A DNA stretch of 64,000 nt from Candidatus Brocadiia bacterium (GTDB taxonomy: Bacteria > Planctomycetota > Brocadiia > CAIUPP01): contig JBEKCB010000018.1 of the NCBI GenBank assembly GCA_050015075.1, positions 33,751 to 97,750 on the forward strand, given 5' to 3'. Made by a program: the position numbers and the translations under genes. Positions within the stretch are counted from its first letter, which is position 1, and each line of letters starts with the position of its first letter. The notes under the pieces are model-generated. The model was not told the origin of the DNA and did no database searches. It worked only from the letters and a program-made list of their open reading frames with translations. Below, piece after piece: positions 1 through 9,600 of this stretch.

Positions 1-154
1 CCATTTCCAGGTCGTTCTCTTCCTGGAAACTCTCCAGCAGTTCCTTCTCGATCTCCTGCCGCTGCTTCAGAATGAGCTTCTGGTAGCGCTCCTTCAGAAG
101 CGGCAGCCGCGCGGTCCTCGATCTCTTGTTCGACATCTGAGCCTTCGCGATCAT
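1..154 (-). CDS. 5' part of an unidentified protein running off the window edge (MIAKAQMSNKRSRTARLPLLKERYQKLILKQRQEIEKELLESF...)
   Basis: Open frame from ATG at 154 to the edge, GAAGGAG RBS upstream, consensus promoter at 231-258. Confidence 0.6.
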   Translation of the reverse strand, partial: MIAKAQMSNKRSRTARLPLLKERYQKLILKQRQEIEKELLESFQEENDLEM

Positions 155-230
155 GCTTGCGCCTTCTCCTTCAATAGGGCTGTCCGGGTTAGAGCCATCC
201 GCGGTGCAACTGCAGGCATCAAAGGGGCGA

Positions 231-258
231 ATTATACCATCGGAAACTGCCTTGTCAA
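231..258 (-). promoter_or_regulatory. sigma70-type promoter
   Basis: TTGACA-16 nt-TATAAT on the minus strand. Confidence 0.65.
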
Positions 259-297
259 CCCTAATTCGACAGAATTTTGAAAATATTCAGCGGCCCG

Positions 298-342
298 CCC
301 GTTCGACCATGCTCAGGGCGGCCCTGAGCGAAAGTCGAAGGG
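298..342. repeat. REP-like palindrome (TTCGAC..GCTCAGGGC/GCCCTGAGC..GTCGAA)
   Basis: Inverted repeat visible between divergent genes. Confidence 0.6.
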
Positions 343-483
343 CCGCCCGCGCCGCCGCCGGTTGTCTCGGTTTTCGCGCCGTGCTATGATTGCGTTCGAC
401 CTGATATCACAAGGGCGGGACGCGTTTGAAGAGGCATTCCAGCCGGGCGCCGGCGGACTGAAACAGGCACAGGAGCTCGCACC

Positions 484-1509
484 ATGAAACTGACCGTCGC
501 GGAAGTGAGCCGCCTTGTAGGCGGCGAGTTGATCGGACCGGGCGAAGCGATCGTCGAGCGCGTGGCCGGCCTGTCGCAGGCCGGGCCGGGCGACATCACC
601 TTCGCGAAGCGCGAGAACCTCAAGGCGGCGGCCGCCAGCCGCGCGACCGCCGTGCTGGTCCCGGAGCGCGTCGCCGGAATGGCCGCGGCGCAGATCGTCG
701 TCGCGAACCCGCACTTCGCCTTCGGGGTGCTGCTCGCCCTCGTGGAGAAGGAGCAGCGCGCGCACCCGGCCGGCATTCACCCGTCGGCGGTCCTCGGAGC
801 GGGCGTCCGGCTGGGGAAGGACGTCGGGCTCGGCGCGCACGCGGTCCTCGGCGACGGCTGCGTTCTCGGCGACCGGACCGTCATTTATCCGAACAGCACC
901 CTGGGCGCGCATTGCTCCGTCGGGTCGGATTCGATCATTTACTCCAACGTCGCCATCCGCGAGTGCGTGAGCCTCGGGAGCCGGACGATCATCCACAGCG
1001 GCTGCTCGATCGGCGGCGACGGCTTCGGCTACCTCCAGGTCGAAGGCCGCCACGTGAAGGTGCCGCAGGTGGGCACGGTCGAGATCGGCGACGACGTCGA
1101 GATCGGCTGCAACTGCACCGTGGACCGCGCGACGATGGACAAGACGATCATCGAGAACGGCGTGAAGATAGACAACCACAGCCACATCGCGCACAATTGC
1201 CGGATCGGGGCGAACTCGATGCTGATCGCCTACGCGCGCATGGGCGGCAGCACGGTGCTGGGCCGGAACGTGCTGCTCGCCGAGGACGTGGGACTCACGA
1301 ACGGGATTACGCTCGGCGACCGCTGCATTGTCGGGGCCTGCTCCAAGGTCTCCCGTTCCTGGCCGGCCGACTCCGTCATCCTCGGCGCGCCCGCGCAGCG
1401 CATACAGGACGAGAAACGCCAGATCGTGATGATCAAGAAACTCTCGCGGCTCTACGAGATGATGCGGGAGTTGAAGAGAAGCGTTCAGGGCGGGAAAACG
1501 GAAGACTGA
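484..1509 (+). CDS. lpxD: UDP-3-O-acylglucosamine N-acyltransferase (LpxD family)
   Basis: N-terminal LpxD domain, hexapeptide repeats, IGGDGFGY, VPQVGTVEIGDDVEIG, KIDN..HIAHN motifs. Confidence 0.88.
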   Translation: MKLTVAEVSRLVGGELIGPGEAIVERVAGLSQAGPGDITFAKRENLKAAAASRATAVLVPERVAGMAAAQIVVANPHFAFGVLLALVEKEQRAHPAGIHPSAVLGAGVRLGKDVGLGAHAVLGDGCVLGDRTVIYPNSTLGAHCSVGSDSIIYSNVAIRECVSLGSRTIIHSGCSIGGDGFGYLQVEGRHVKVPQVGTVEIGDDVEIGCNCTVDRATMDKTIIENGVKIDNHSHIAHNCRIGANSMLIAYARMGGSTVLGRNVLLAEDVGLTNGITLGDRCIVGACSKVSRSWPADSVILGAPAQRIQDEKRQIVMIKKLSRLYEMMRELKRSVQGGKTED

Positions 1510-1517
1510 CCCTTACG

Positions 1518-1585
1518 AATTGCGGATTGGGGAATGCGGACTGCGGATTAGCGTGCCGGCTTTCGCCGTCCACTCCGCACTCCCT
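1518..1585. repeat. Heptamer tandem repeats (GCGGAHT type and inverse CACTCCG) between convergent genes
   Basis: tgcggatt ggggaat gcggact gcggatt ... cactccg cactccc. Confidence 0.6.
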
Positions 1586-2093
1586 AGTCCGGTCCCTTCA
1601 TCCCGCGCTGCTTCATCTCCAGCTCCAGCGCGGCGACGAACGGGCGGAAGATCTCCTCGTTGCGGTCGTTGATCTTCATCAGGTGCTCGTGCGCGGCATG
1701 GACGCACGCCAGGCGTTCCTTTTCGCCGCGTTGTTCCTCGAGCCGGACGAATTCCAGCGCCGGCGTCTCGAACGGCTCCGACTCGACGAAAATCAACTCC
1801 GTGAGCCCCACATTTTTCAACAGTTGCAGCAGCGGCGCGGAGACGTTGACCGCGGCGATACCGGGCGTCTTGTCGTTCTGCTCGAAGGTGGCCGCGCCGG
1901 CGAGCACGCCCATGAACGTGCTGTCCATGCCGGTGCAATCGCCCAGGTCCACGACGATGAAACTCCGTCCCGCGGCGAGCAGGCCTTCCATGAAGGTGCG
2001 CAGGCACAGGCAGTTGCTCATCGTCGCCAGTCCGTGCACGCGCACATAGACGGCGCGCGTGCCGGTGGCGACTTCGTAATACCCGCCTTGCAT
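1584..2093 (-). CDS. STAS-domain anti-sigma factor antagonist
   Basis: VVDLGDCTGMDSTFMGVL motif with conserved Ser, C-terminal AHEHLM..N..N...F motif; start moved to ATG 2093. Confidence 0.85.
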   Translation of the reverse strand: MQGGYYEVATGTRAVYVRVHGLATMSNCLCLRTFMEGLLAAGRSFIVVDLGDCTGMDSTFMGVLAGAATFEQNDKTPGIAAVNVSAPLLQLLKNVGLTELIFVESEPFETPALEFVRLEEQRGEKERLACVHAAHEHLMKINDRNEEIFRPFVAALELEMKQRGMKGPD

Positions 2094-2136
2094 CACAACC
2101 AAATCCGAATCTCCGCAAACGCCGAGCCAGCAGGCG

Positions 2137-2457
2137 CTATGAGACGCGAGAACCGGGCGCCGCCTGGCCATCCGGCCGGAGCACCAGCACCTTCGGCCCG
2201 TCCTGCGCCGCCAGCAGCATGCCCTGGCTCTCCACTCCGCGCAGCACGGCCGGTTCCAGGTTCGCCACGACGACGATCGTCGAGCCCAGGAGCTGCTCGG
2301 GCGTGTAATACGCCCGCAGACCGGCGACGATCTGCCGCTCCGTGCCCCCCAGATCAATTTTGAGCACGTACAGCTTGTCGGCGTTAGGATGGTTCTCGAC
2401 GGAAAGGACCTTCGCGACGCGGAGGTCCAGCTTTTGAAATTCTGCGAATGGGATCAT
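2137..2457 (-). CDS. Stand-alone tRNA-binding OB-fold protein (MetG C-terminal domain/Trbp111 type)
   Basis: F.KLDLRVAKV..VE.HPNADKL, RQIVAG, VVANLEP..LRGVESQGMLLAA. Confidence 0.9.
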   Translation of the reverse strand: MIPFAEFQKLDLRVAKVLSVENHPNADKLYVLKIDLGGTERQIVAGLRAYYTPEQLLGSTIVVVANLEPAVLRGVESQGMLLAAQDGPKVLVLRPDGQAAPGSRVS

Positions 2458-2604
2458 TTTGCTCCCCTCCGAACGCGCGCGACCAAGCGAATCGGAATCA
2501 GCCTACCAGAAACGCCGCCGCCTTCGCAACGCAGAACAGCGCGCAATTTCCCACTCTCCGCGGCGCCGGGCGCAGCGCTGTAAACCGTGCAAGGCTGGCT
2601 GACC

Positions 2605-3954
2605 TCAGCGCGGATTCCGCTTCGGCCCGCCGACGAGGAACAGGTACAAGTCCATGACGTTCGTGCCGGTCGGCCCGGTCATCAGCAGGTCGCCGAGCGG
2701 CTGGAAGAAATGGTACGAGTCGTTGCGGGCCAGGAAATCCGCCGCGCTGAGGCCGAGTCCAGCGGCGCGGTCGCACGTCGCGCCGTCGGCCAGGGCGCCG
2801 GCCGCGTCGGTCGGGCCGTCGGTCCCGTCGGTGCCGCCGGCGAGGATGGCCACGCCTTCCAGCCCGCGCGCGGCGAGGGCGGCGGCGAGCGCGAACTCCT
2901 GGTTTCGGCCGCCGAGCCCGCTCCCGCGGAGCGTGACGGTGGTCTCGCCGCCGGCGATCAGGCAGGCCGGCGGCGCGACGGGCCGGCCGCTCGCCAGCGA
3001 CTCGCGCGCGATGGCCACGCACACGCGCGCCACTTCGCGGGCCTCGCCCTCGATCGTGGACGAGAGCACCAGCGGGCGATAGCCGAGTTCGCGGGCCTTC
3101 CGGGCGCAGGCGGCGACGGAGGCGGCGTTGTTCGCGATGAGCAGGTTGCGGACCTTCGCGAAGATCGGGTCGCCGGGCTTCGGCGTCTCGGGTTTCGCAC
3201 CGGCCGCGCCGGCGCGCAGATGCTCCAGCACGCCTCGCGGCGCGCGGGACTCGATGCCGTACTTGCTCAACACGGCCAGCGCGTCGGCGAAGGTGGTGCT
3301 GTCCGGCGCCGACGGCCCCGACGCGATGGCGTCGAGCGGGTCGCCGACGACGTCGGAGAGGATCAGCGCGACGACCTCGGCCGGCTGCGCCGCTTGCGCG
3401 AATCGCCCGCCCTTCAACTGCGACAGATGCTTGCGCACGGTGTTGATTTCGCGGATGTCCGCGCCGCACGCCAGGAGCGCCTGCGTGACCGCCTGCTTGT
3501 CCGCCAGCGACACGCCTTCAACCGGCAGCGGCATCAGCGCCGAGCCGCCGCCGCTCAGGCACAGCAGCACCAGGTCGCCTGCGCCGGCCGATTCGAGGAT
3601 CTTGACGATCTCGCGCGCGCCGCCCAGTCCGGCTTCGTCCGGCACCGGATGCCCGGCCTCATGGACATGAATCCGCCGCAGCGGTTTCTCCGCGGCGGCC
3701 GACTTGACGTTGATCCAGCCGCCGGCGATTCGGTCGCCGAGGATTTCCTCCAGCGCGCCGGCCATCCGCGCCGACGCCTTGCCCGCGCCGACGACAAAAA
3801 TATTCCGCACCTTCGTCAGGTCCCAGGAGTAATCGCCGAGCCGCAGCTTCCGCCCGCGCCGGACCACGTGGCGCCGGACCGCGTCAACCGGGTCGGCCGC
3901 CGCGAGCCCGGCCTTGAAGATTGCGAGGATATCCCTGCGCGCGCGCTTGTCCAT
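2605..3954 (-). CDS. Glycerate 2-kinase (MOFRL/TtuD family)
   Basis: GAGKAS, EAGHPVPD, SGGGSAL, KGG, SDVVGD, GGETTV, GGRNQE, TDGTDG, TGPTGTNVMD. Confidence 0.92.
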   Translation of the reverse strand: MDKRARRDILAIFKAGLAAADPVDAVRRHVVRRGRKLRLGDYSWDLTKVRNIFVVGAGKASARMAGALEEILGDRIAGGWINVKSAAAEKPLRRIHVHEAGHPVPDEAGLGGAREIVKILESAGAGDLVLLCLSGGGSALMPLPVEGVSLADKQAVTQALLACGADIREINTVRKHLSQLKGGRFAQAAQPAEVVALILSDVVGDPLDAIASGPSAPDSTTFADALAVLSKYGIESRAPRGVLEHLRAGAAGAKPETPKPGDPIFAKVRNLLIANNAASVAACARKARELGYRPLVLSSTIEGEAREVARVCVAIARESLASGRPVAPPACLIAGGETTVTLRGSGLGGRNQEFALAAALAARGLEGVAILAGGTDGTDGPTDAAGALADGATCDRAAGLGLSAADFLARNDSYHFFQPLGDLLMTGPTGTNVMDLYLFLVGGPKRNPR

Positions 3955-4074
3955 TGCCCGCCTCTCTCCATTTCGCCCAGGATTATAGGTGCACCGCGTC
4001 CGGCCGGTCAAACGATGGACAAGACGGAAACGACGTGTTACGATCCGTCATCGTGATCATGATTGAGGCCGCAC

Positions 4075-5751
<1,677 letters not shown>

Positions 5752-5874
5752 TGAATGATGAGCGGCGGGGAAAGCGGCGCTGGTCCGGCGCGGCACAGAC
5801 GGCGTCAAATATGGTATGATGCGATCGGGAGGAGTTTCAGAGAACCTCCTCGCGGCGAGGCGAAAGGATCGAGA

Positions 5875-6255
5875 ATGGGCCTGACCAATGTGACGGCCGA
5901 GGTGGCGAATCCGTTTGACTTGAAGCGGAAAAAGATGCTGACCTTTCTTGTGGATTCCGGGGCGGTCTACTCGGTGATCCCGTCTGCGCAACTCAAGGCG
6001 CTGGGCATTGCCAGCACCGGCCAGCGGACGTTCTTTCTCGCCAACGGGCAGCCTGTCAAGCGCCGCACGGGAGAAGCGCGCATCAAACTGAACGCGGACT
6101 CGGCCACCTGCGTGGTGCTCTTCGGCGAGAAAGGCGACAGCACTCTTCTCGGTGTGACCACGCTGGAGAACCTCGGGTTGATATTCGATCCCATCCGCCA
6201 GAAACTCATGTCTCTGCCGATGCTCATAGCCGATGTGCGGAGATACTTCCGCTGA
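5875..6255 (+). CDS. Clan AA (retropepsin-like) aspartyl protease
   Basis: FLVDSGA catalytic motif, LLGVTTLENLGL..DP tail. Confidence 0.85.
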   Translation: MGLTNVTAEVANPFDLKRKKMLTFLVDSGAVYSVIPSAQLKALGIASTGQRTFFLANGQPVKRRTGEARIKLNADSATCVVLFGEKGDSTLLGVTTLENLGLIFDPIRQKLMSLPMLIADVRRYFR

Positions 6256-6304
6256 CGGCCAGGAAGCGGTGAAGCTTCTTTGTCCCTCGTCATGCCTGAA
6301 ACAC

Positions 6305-6880
6305 ATGAAAAACCGATGCGAATGGGGCGTCAGCGATCCGCTGTATGTGAAGTACCACGACCGCGAATGGGGAACGCCTCTGCATGACGATCACGGGCTT
6401 TTCGAGTTCCTGGTTCTGGAGGGCGCGCAAGCGGGGCTGAGCTGGCTGACCATCCTCCGGAAACGCGACAACTATCGCAAGGCGTTCGACCGGTTCGATC
6501 CGCAGAAGGTCGCGCGCTATTCGGCGGCGGATGTCCGGCGCCTTCGTGCCGACCCCGGCATTGTGCGCAATCGCCTGAAGATCGAATCGGCCATTCGAAA
6601 CGCGCGGTGCGCGCTCGCCGCCGCTGACGAGTTCGGCTCCTTCGACTCCTTCATCTGGCGCTACGTGGACCACCAGCCTCGGCAGAATGCCTGGCGCACG
6701 CTGGCCGAACTGCCGGCCAGAACCGCGCTCTCCGACAGGATGAGTAAAGAGTTGAAGAAGCGGGGATTCAGCTTCGCGGGCTCGACGATCTGCTACGCCT
6801 TCATGCAGGCGGTCGGGATGGTGAACGACCACGTCGTGGGCTGCTTCCGGCATGAGGAACTGAAGAAGATGGCCCGATAA
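6305..6880 (+). CDS. tag: DNA-3-methyladenine glycosylase I
   Basis: RCEW, YHDREWG, LEGAQAGLSW.TIL.KR, IVRNRLKI, YAFMQAVGMVNDH..C. Confidence 0.95.
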   Translation: MKNRCEWGVSDPLYVKYHDREWGTPLHDDHGLFEFLVLEGAQAGLSWLTILRKRDNYRKAFDRFDPQKVARYSAADVRRLRADPGIVRNRLKIESAIRNARCALAAADEFGSFDSFIWRYVDHQPRQNAWRTLAELPARTALSDRMSKELKKRGFSFAGSTICYAFMQAVGMVNDHVVGCFRHEELKKMAR

Positions 6881-6958
6881 GGCAAAACGAGCATTTCCCT
6901 TTCGTACAATTCCTGGCACAGCAACGATTAATGATTCGCCCGCACAGCTAGCGGATTA

Positions 6959-7771
6959 TTACGTCGAAGAAGGGTTAGTTTCGATTTCCGTCTCTACTAT
7001 CGCATCGGGTATTCCAACCTTATCAATCCAATCACGAAGACGTGCGGCGTTCTCAGGCGTTAGCTCATTCCAGTCCTTGAGATGAACATGTAGGACGACA
7101 GACATAGCTACCGCGTGTTTCTGCTGAACGCACACATCACCTTTCACTTGTGTTGCGACTGCCGCCATCTGTTCAATGTTTGGAGTGGGAGTTTGCGCCG
7201 GTACTTCAACTTCATCGAGGTTCCCCTTTGTGAGCGTACCGGCGTCATCTGCCAACACTAGCCCGGTGTACAGGATGAAATCGATGAGTCGGTCCAAAGC
7301 GGATGAATCGCCCTCGGTCGCCCCCGCCTTGATTGCTAGTGATTTCTTCATCTCGGACCTGGACAACGAAGGACGCAAAGCAAAGTTCTGAACTACGACC
7401 TGTCCATACCAGCACCGAGCTACGAGCCTACGAAGATAAGATTTCGCCTTCTCCTCATCCCACGCCGCTTCGCGAGCAAACCGAACAGCCTCTTGGCTGG
7501 GAACATAATACCCGTACTTGGGCGATACCAGAATCTGGGACTCCGACAAGAAATTGTTGTTGGCACTAACCGTAGACTGCCCCAAACCAGTAGCGCTTGC
7601 CACATCGCTGTACTTGACCGGAGACTCTCCGCCATTCGAGGCAACGACATAACCCTTTATTACTCTGACAAGTACGTCCGCTCCAGAAAGGGGAAGCGCT
7701 TTCTCTGCTGTAAGCTTCGGCAGTTTTGTCTTTATTTGTTGCTCGACTTTTTGTTCCTCATCTTTACTCAT
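6959..7771 (-). CDS. Hypothetical protein with probable N-terminal winged-helix (low-GC island)
   Basis: 270 aa ORF, HTH-like YSDVASATGLGQSTVSANNNFL; ATG overlaps the ATPase stop. Confidence 0.7.
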   Translation of the reverse strand: MSKDEEQKVEQQIKTKLPKLTAEKALPLSGADVLVRVIKGYVVASNGGESPVKYSDVASATGLGQSTVSANNNFLSESQILVSPKYGYYVPSQEAVRFAREAAWDEEKAKSYLRRLVARCWYGQVVVQNFALRPSLSRSEMKKSLAIKAGATEGDSSALDRLIDFILYTGLVLADDAGTLTKGNLDEVEVPAQTPTPNIEQMAAVATQVKGDVCVQQKHAVAMSVVLHVHLKDWNELTPENAARLRDWIDKVGIPDAIVETEIETNPSST

Positions 7772-9132
7772 GACGCGCCTCCAATCTTTAGGGCCAAGGC
7801 ATAAAGGTAAGGAATCTCAAACGAATCAGATTGATTGACCGCCTTCCTGTCTTTTACGGCCACAGCACCAATCCTGACAAGATCGGATATGACCAACTTG
7901 GCGTCTAGATCAGCCTTACCAAGAGCAGCAGATAGTTGCTTCCGGTTGAAAGTCCGCGAGTTGTGCCCGCTCAACTGTTTATATGTTTGGCTGTAGTTTG
8001 GAAAAACCTGAAGGAAATCGTTCAGCTTATCCGCAGCGGTAAGATCTATTGCCTGTCGAATTGCCTCAGCGGAAATCAAACACGTCGGCTTGTTTACACC
8101 CTGGCGGTTGAAAGTTAACTGCGATTTCTGAGCCTCGATGCAGAAATTTACAAAATCGCGCGGAAGTGCATCGCCATTTCCGTCCTTGAAGCGTTCATAC
8201 AGCACTTCAAACCCGCCCGCGTAAGGCTCTTCCCAATCGAAAACTTCATCGAGCCACTTTTGGGCAACGGGATAGATGATGTCGTCATTATGCTCTGGAT
8301 GTAAGACAGCGAGACGGTGGGCGAGAAGAATCCCTATGTCCTCCTTAGTCCACTTCAAAGTCAATTTCAACGCGCTGAAATGGTCTTTGTTGACATAGCC
8401 GAGTTCGTCATAAATGTCAGACCGGAAAAACAGCTTAAACTTCAATCTCCTGAGTCGTATCAAGTCGCTGACAGCCGTCATTAGGCTGCTGAGGAGCTCG
8501 GCGATTTCATCTTCCTTACTGCCGTTCAGCCGGACCTCGTCCAGACTGTCGAGGCAAATCCACAAGTCTGCTCCTTGCTCATCCAACCATGAACTTGCCA
8601 GATGGATAACCTGATCGCATTCCGTCATCGCAAGGGGTATCTTCGGCGGTATCTCTGTAGTCACATACTCACCGATCCCGACCTTGAACTTCAAAGTCCT
8701 CAACGACTGCCACGGCGTAGGAACTATCCCGACCAGTCCCCAACGCACTAAGAATCGCTCGAACGTCTTTCTTGTCGTCTCGGCCAGACGGTCTTCATTG
8801 ATGAGAAGCCCCGCGATGAGTGACGCGATATGAAAACGCCATAACCCAACCTTCGATGATGAAACAGCCGGATGCAAAGTGGCCCAGTGTTGTTGAAGTT
8901 GCGGCTCTTCACCGAGCCAAAGGTTCGGTTTCTTGAAAATCGGGATCTTGTCTTCCCACTCGCGCAACATTTGGTAAATGGCGCTTTTACCGGCGCCCTT
9001 TGCTCCGAGAACGAGGTAAATCCTATCGGAGCATGTCAAATCAAAAGCAACCGACTTATAGAAATAGTGCTTCAGATTGGTATCATGCTGCGCAGCACCG
9101 AAGCCAAAATCAATCTTTTCGAGTGCGTTCAT
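7768..9132 (-). CDS. P-loop ATPase (Sll1717-like family)
   Basis: N-terminal FGFGAAQHD, Walker A GAKGAGKS, Walker B WICLDSLDE, KLFFRSDIY, LPRDF motif; low GC. Confidence 0.8.
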   Translation of the reverse strand: MNALEKIDFGFGAAQHDTNLKHYFYKSVAFDLTCSDRIYLVLGAKGAGKSAIYQMLREWEDKIPIFKKPNLWLGEEPQLQQHWATLHPAVSSSKVGLWRFHIASLIAGLLINEDRLAETTRKTFERFLVRWGLVGIVPTPWQSLRTLKFKVGIGEYVTTEIPPKIPLAMTECDQVIHLASSWLDEQGADLWICLDSLDEVRLNGSKEDEIAELLSSLMTAVSDLIRLRRLKFKLFFRSDIYDELGYVNKDHFSALKLTLKWTKEDIGILLAHRLAVLHPEHNDDIIYPVAQKWLDEVFDWEEPYAGGFEVLYERFKDGNGDALPRDFVNFCIEAQKSQLTFNRQGVNKPTCLISAEAIRQAIDLTAADKLNDFLQVFPNYSQTYKQLSGHNSRTFNRKQLSAALGKADLDAKLVISDLVRIGAVAVKDRKAVNQSDSFEIPYLYALALKIGGAS

Positions 9133-9344
9133 TGATGTTCAAGGCCATCCGCAGGGTAAACGCTTCTGACAAGACGTCCACGTAATACGTTGACCGTTCG
9201 CATCCGTTGCCTTGGAGTATACCAACGTGAGGCGTTTCGCGCCAGCACGCTGTGAGACCCTTTAGCCTCTCGTTTAACGGACCCGCCGACGCGAAGGAGC
9301 ACAGCGCGAACGTGACGTGTCTTGGCGGACGGCCAATCGCTCAT
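9129..9344 (-). pseudogene. Truncated/chimeric HicA-family toxin
   Basis: MSDWPSAK.R.V.A.LLRVG..VKRE.KGSH..LAR matches the HicA N-terminus, after which the sequence diverges and the C-terminal helices are absent. Confidence 0.65.
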
Positions 9345-9541
9345 ACCGGCATCGCGAAAAGTTCGTCCAGTTCCGGAATCGCTTCACCGTGCTCCAGGCG
9401 GTCAGCGATGACACGCAGAGCCAATGCCTCGGCTTTGCAAACCGCCTCTTTCCGGGTCTTGCCATACGCCATAACTCCCGGCAGATCCGGCACTTCGGCG
9501 ATCCAGCGGCCATCCGTTTCGCGCTCGATTTCAATCTTCAT
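9341..9541 (-). CDS. HicB-family antitoxin
   Basis: IEIERETDGRWIAEVPDLPGVMAYG.TR.EA. Confidence 0.9.
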   Translation of the reverse strand: MKIEIERETDGRWIAEVPDLPGVMAYGKTRKEAVCKAEALALRVIADRLEHGEAIPELDELFAMPV

Positions 9542-9600
9542 CCAGGTAGCCTCCGTCGCATACGATATCACACGCCTCCGAACTGAGCAAGTTTTTCCCG

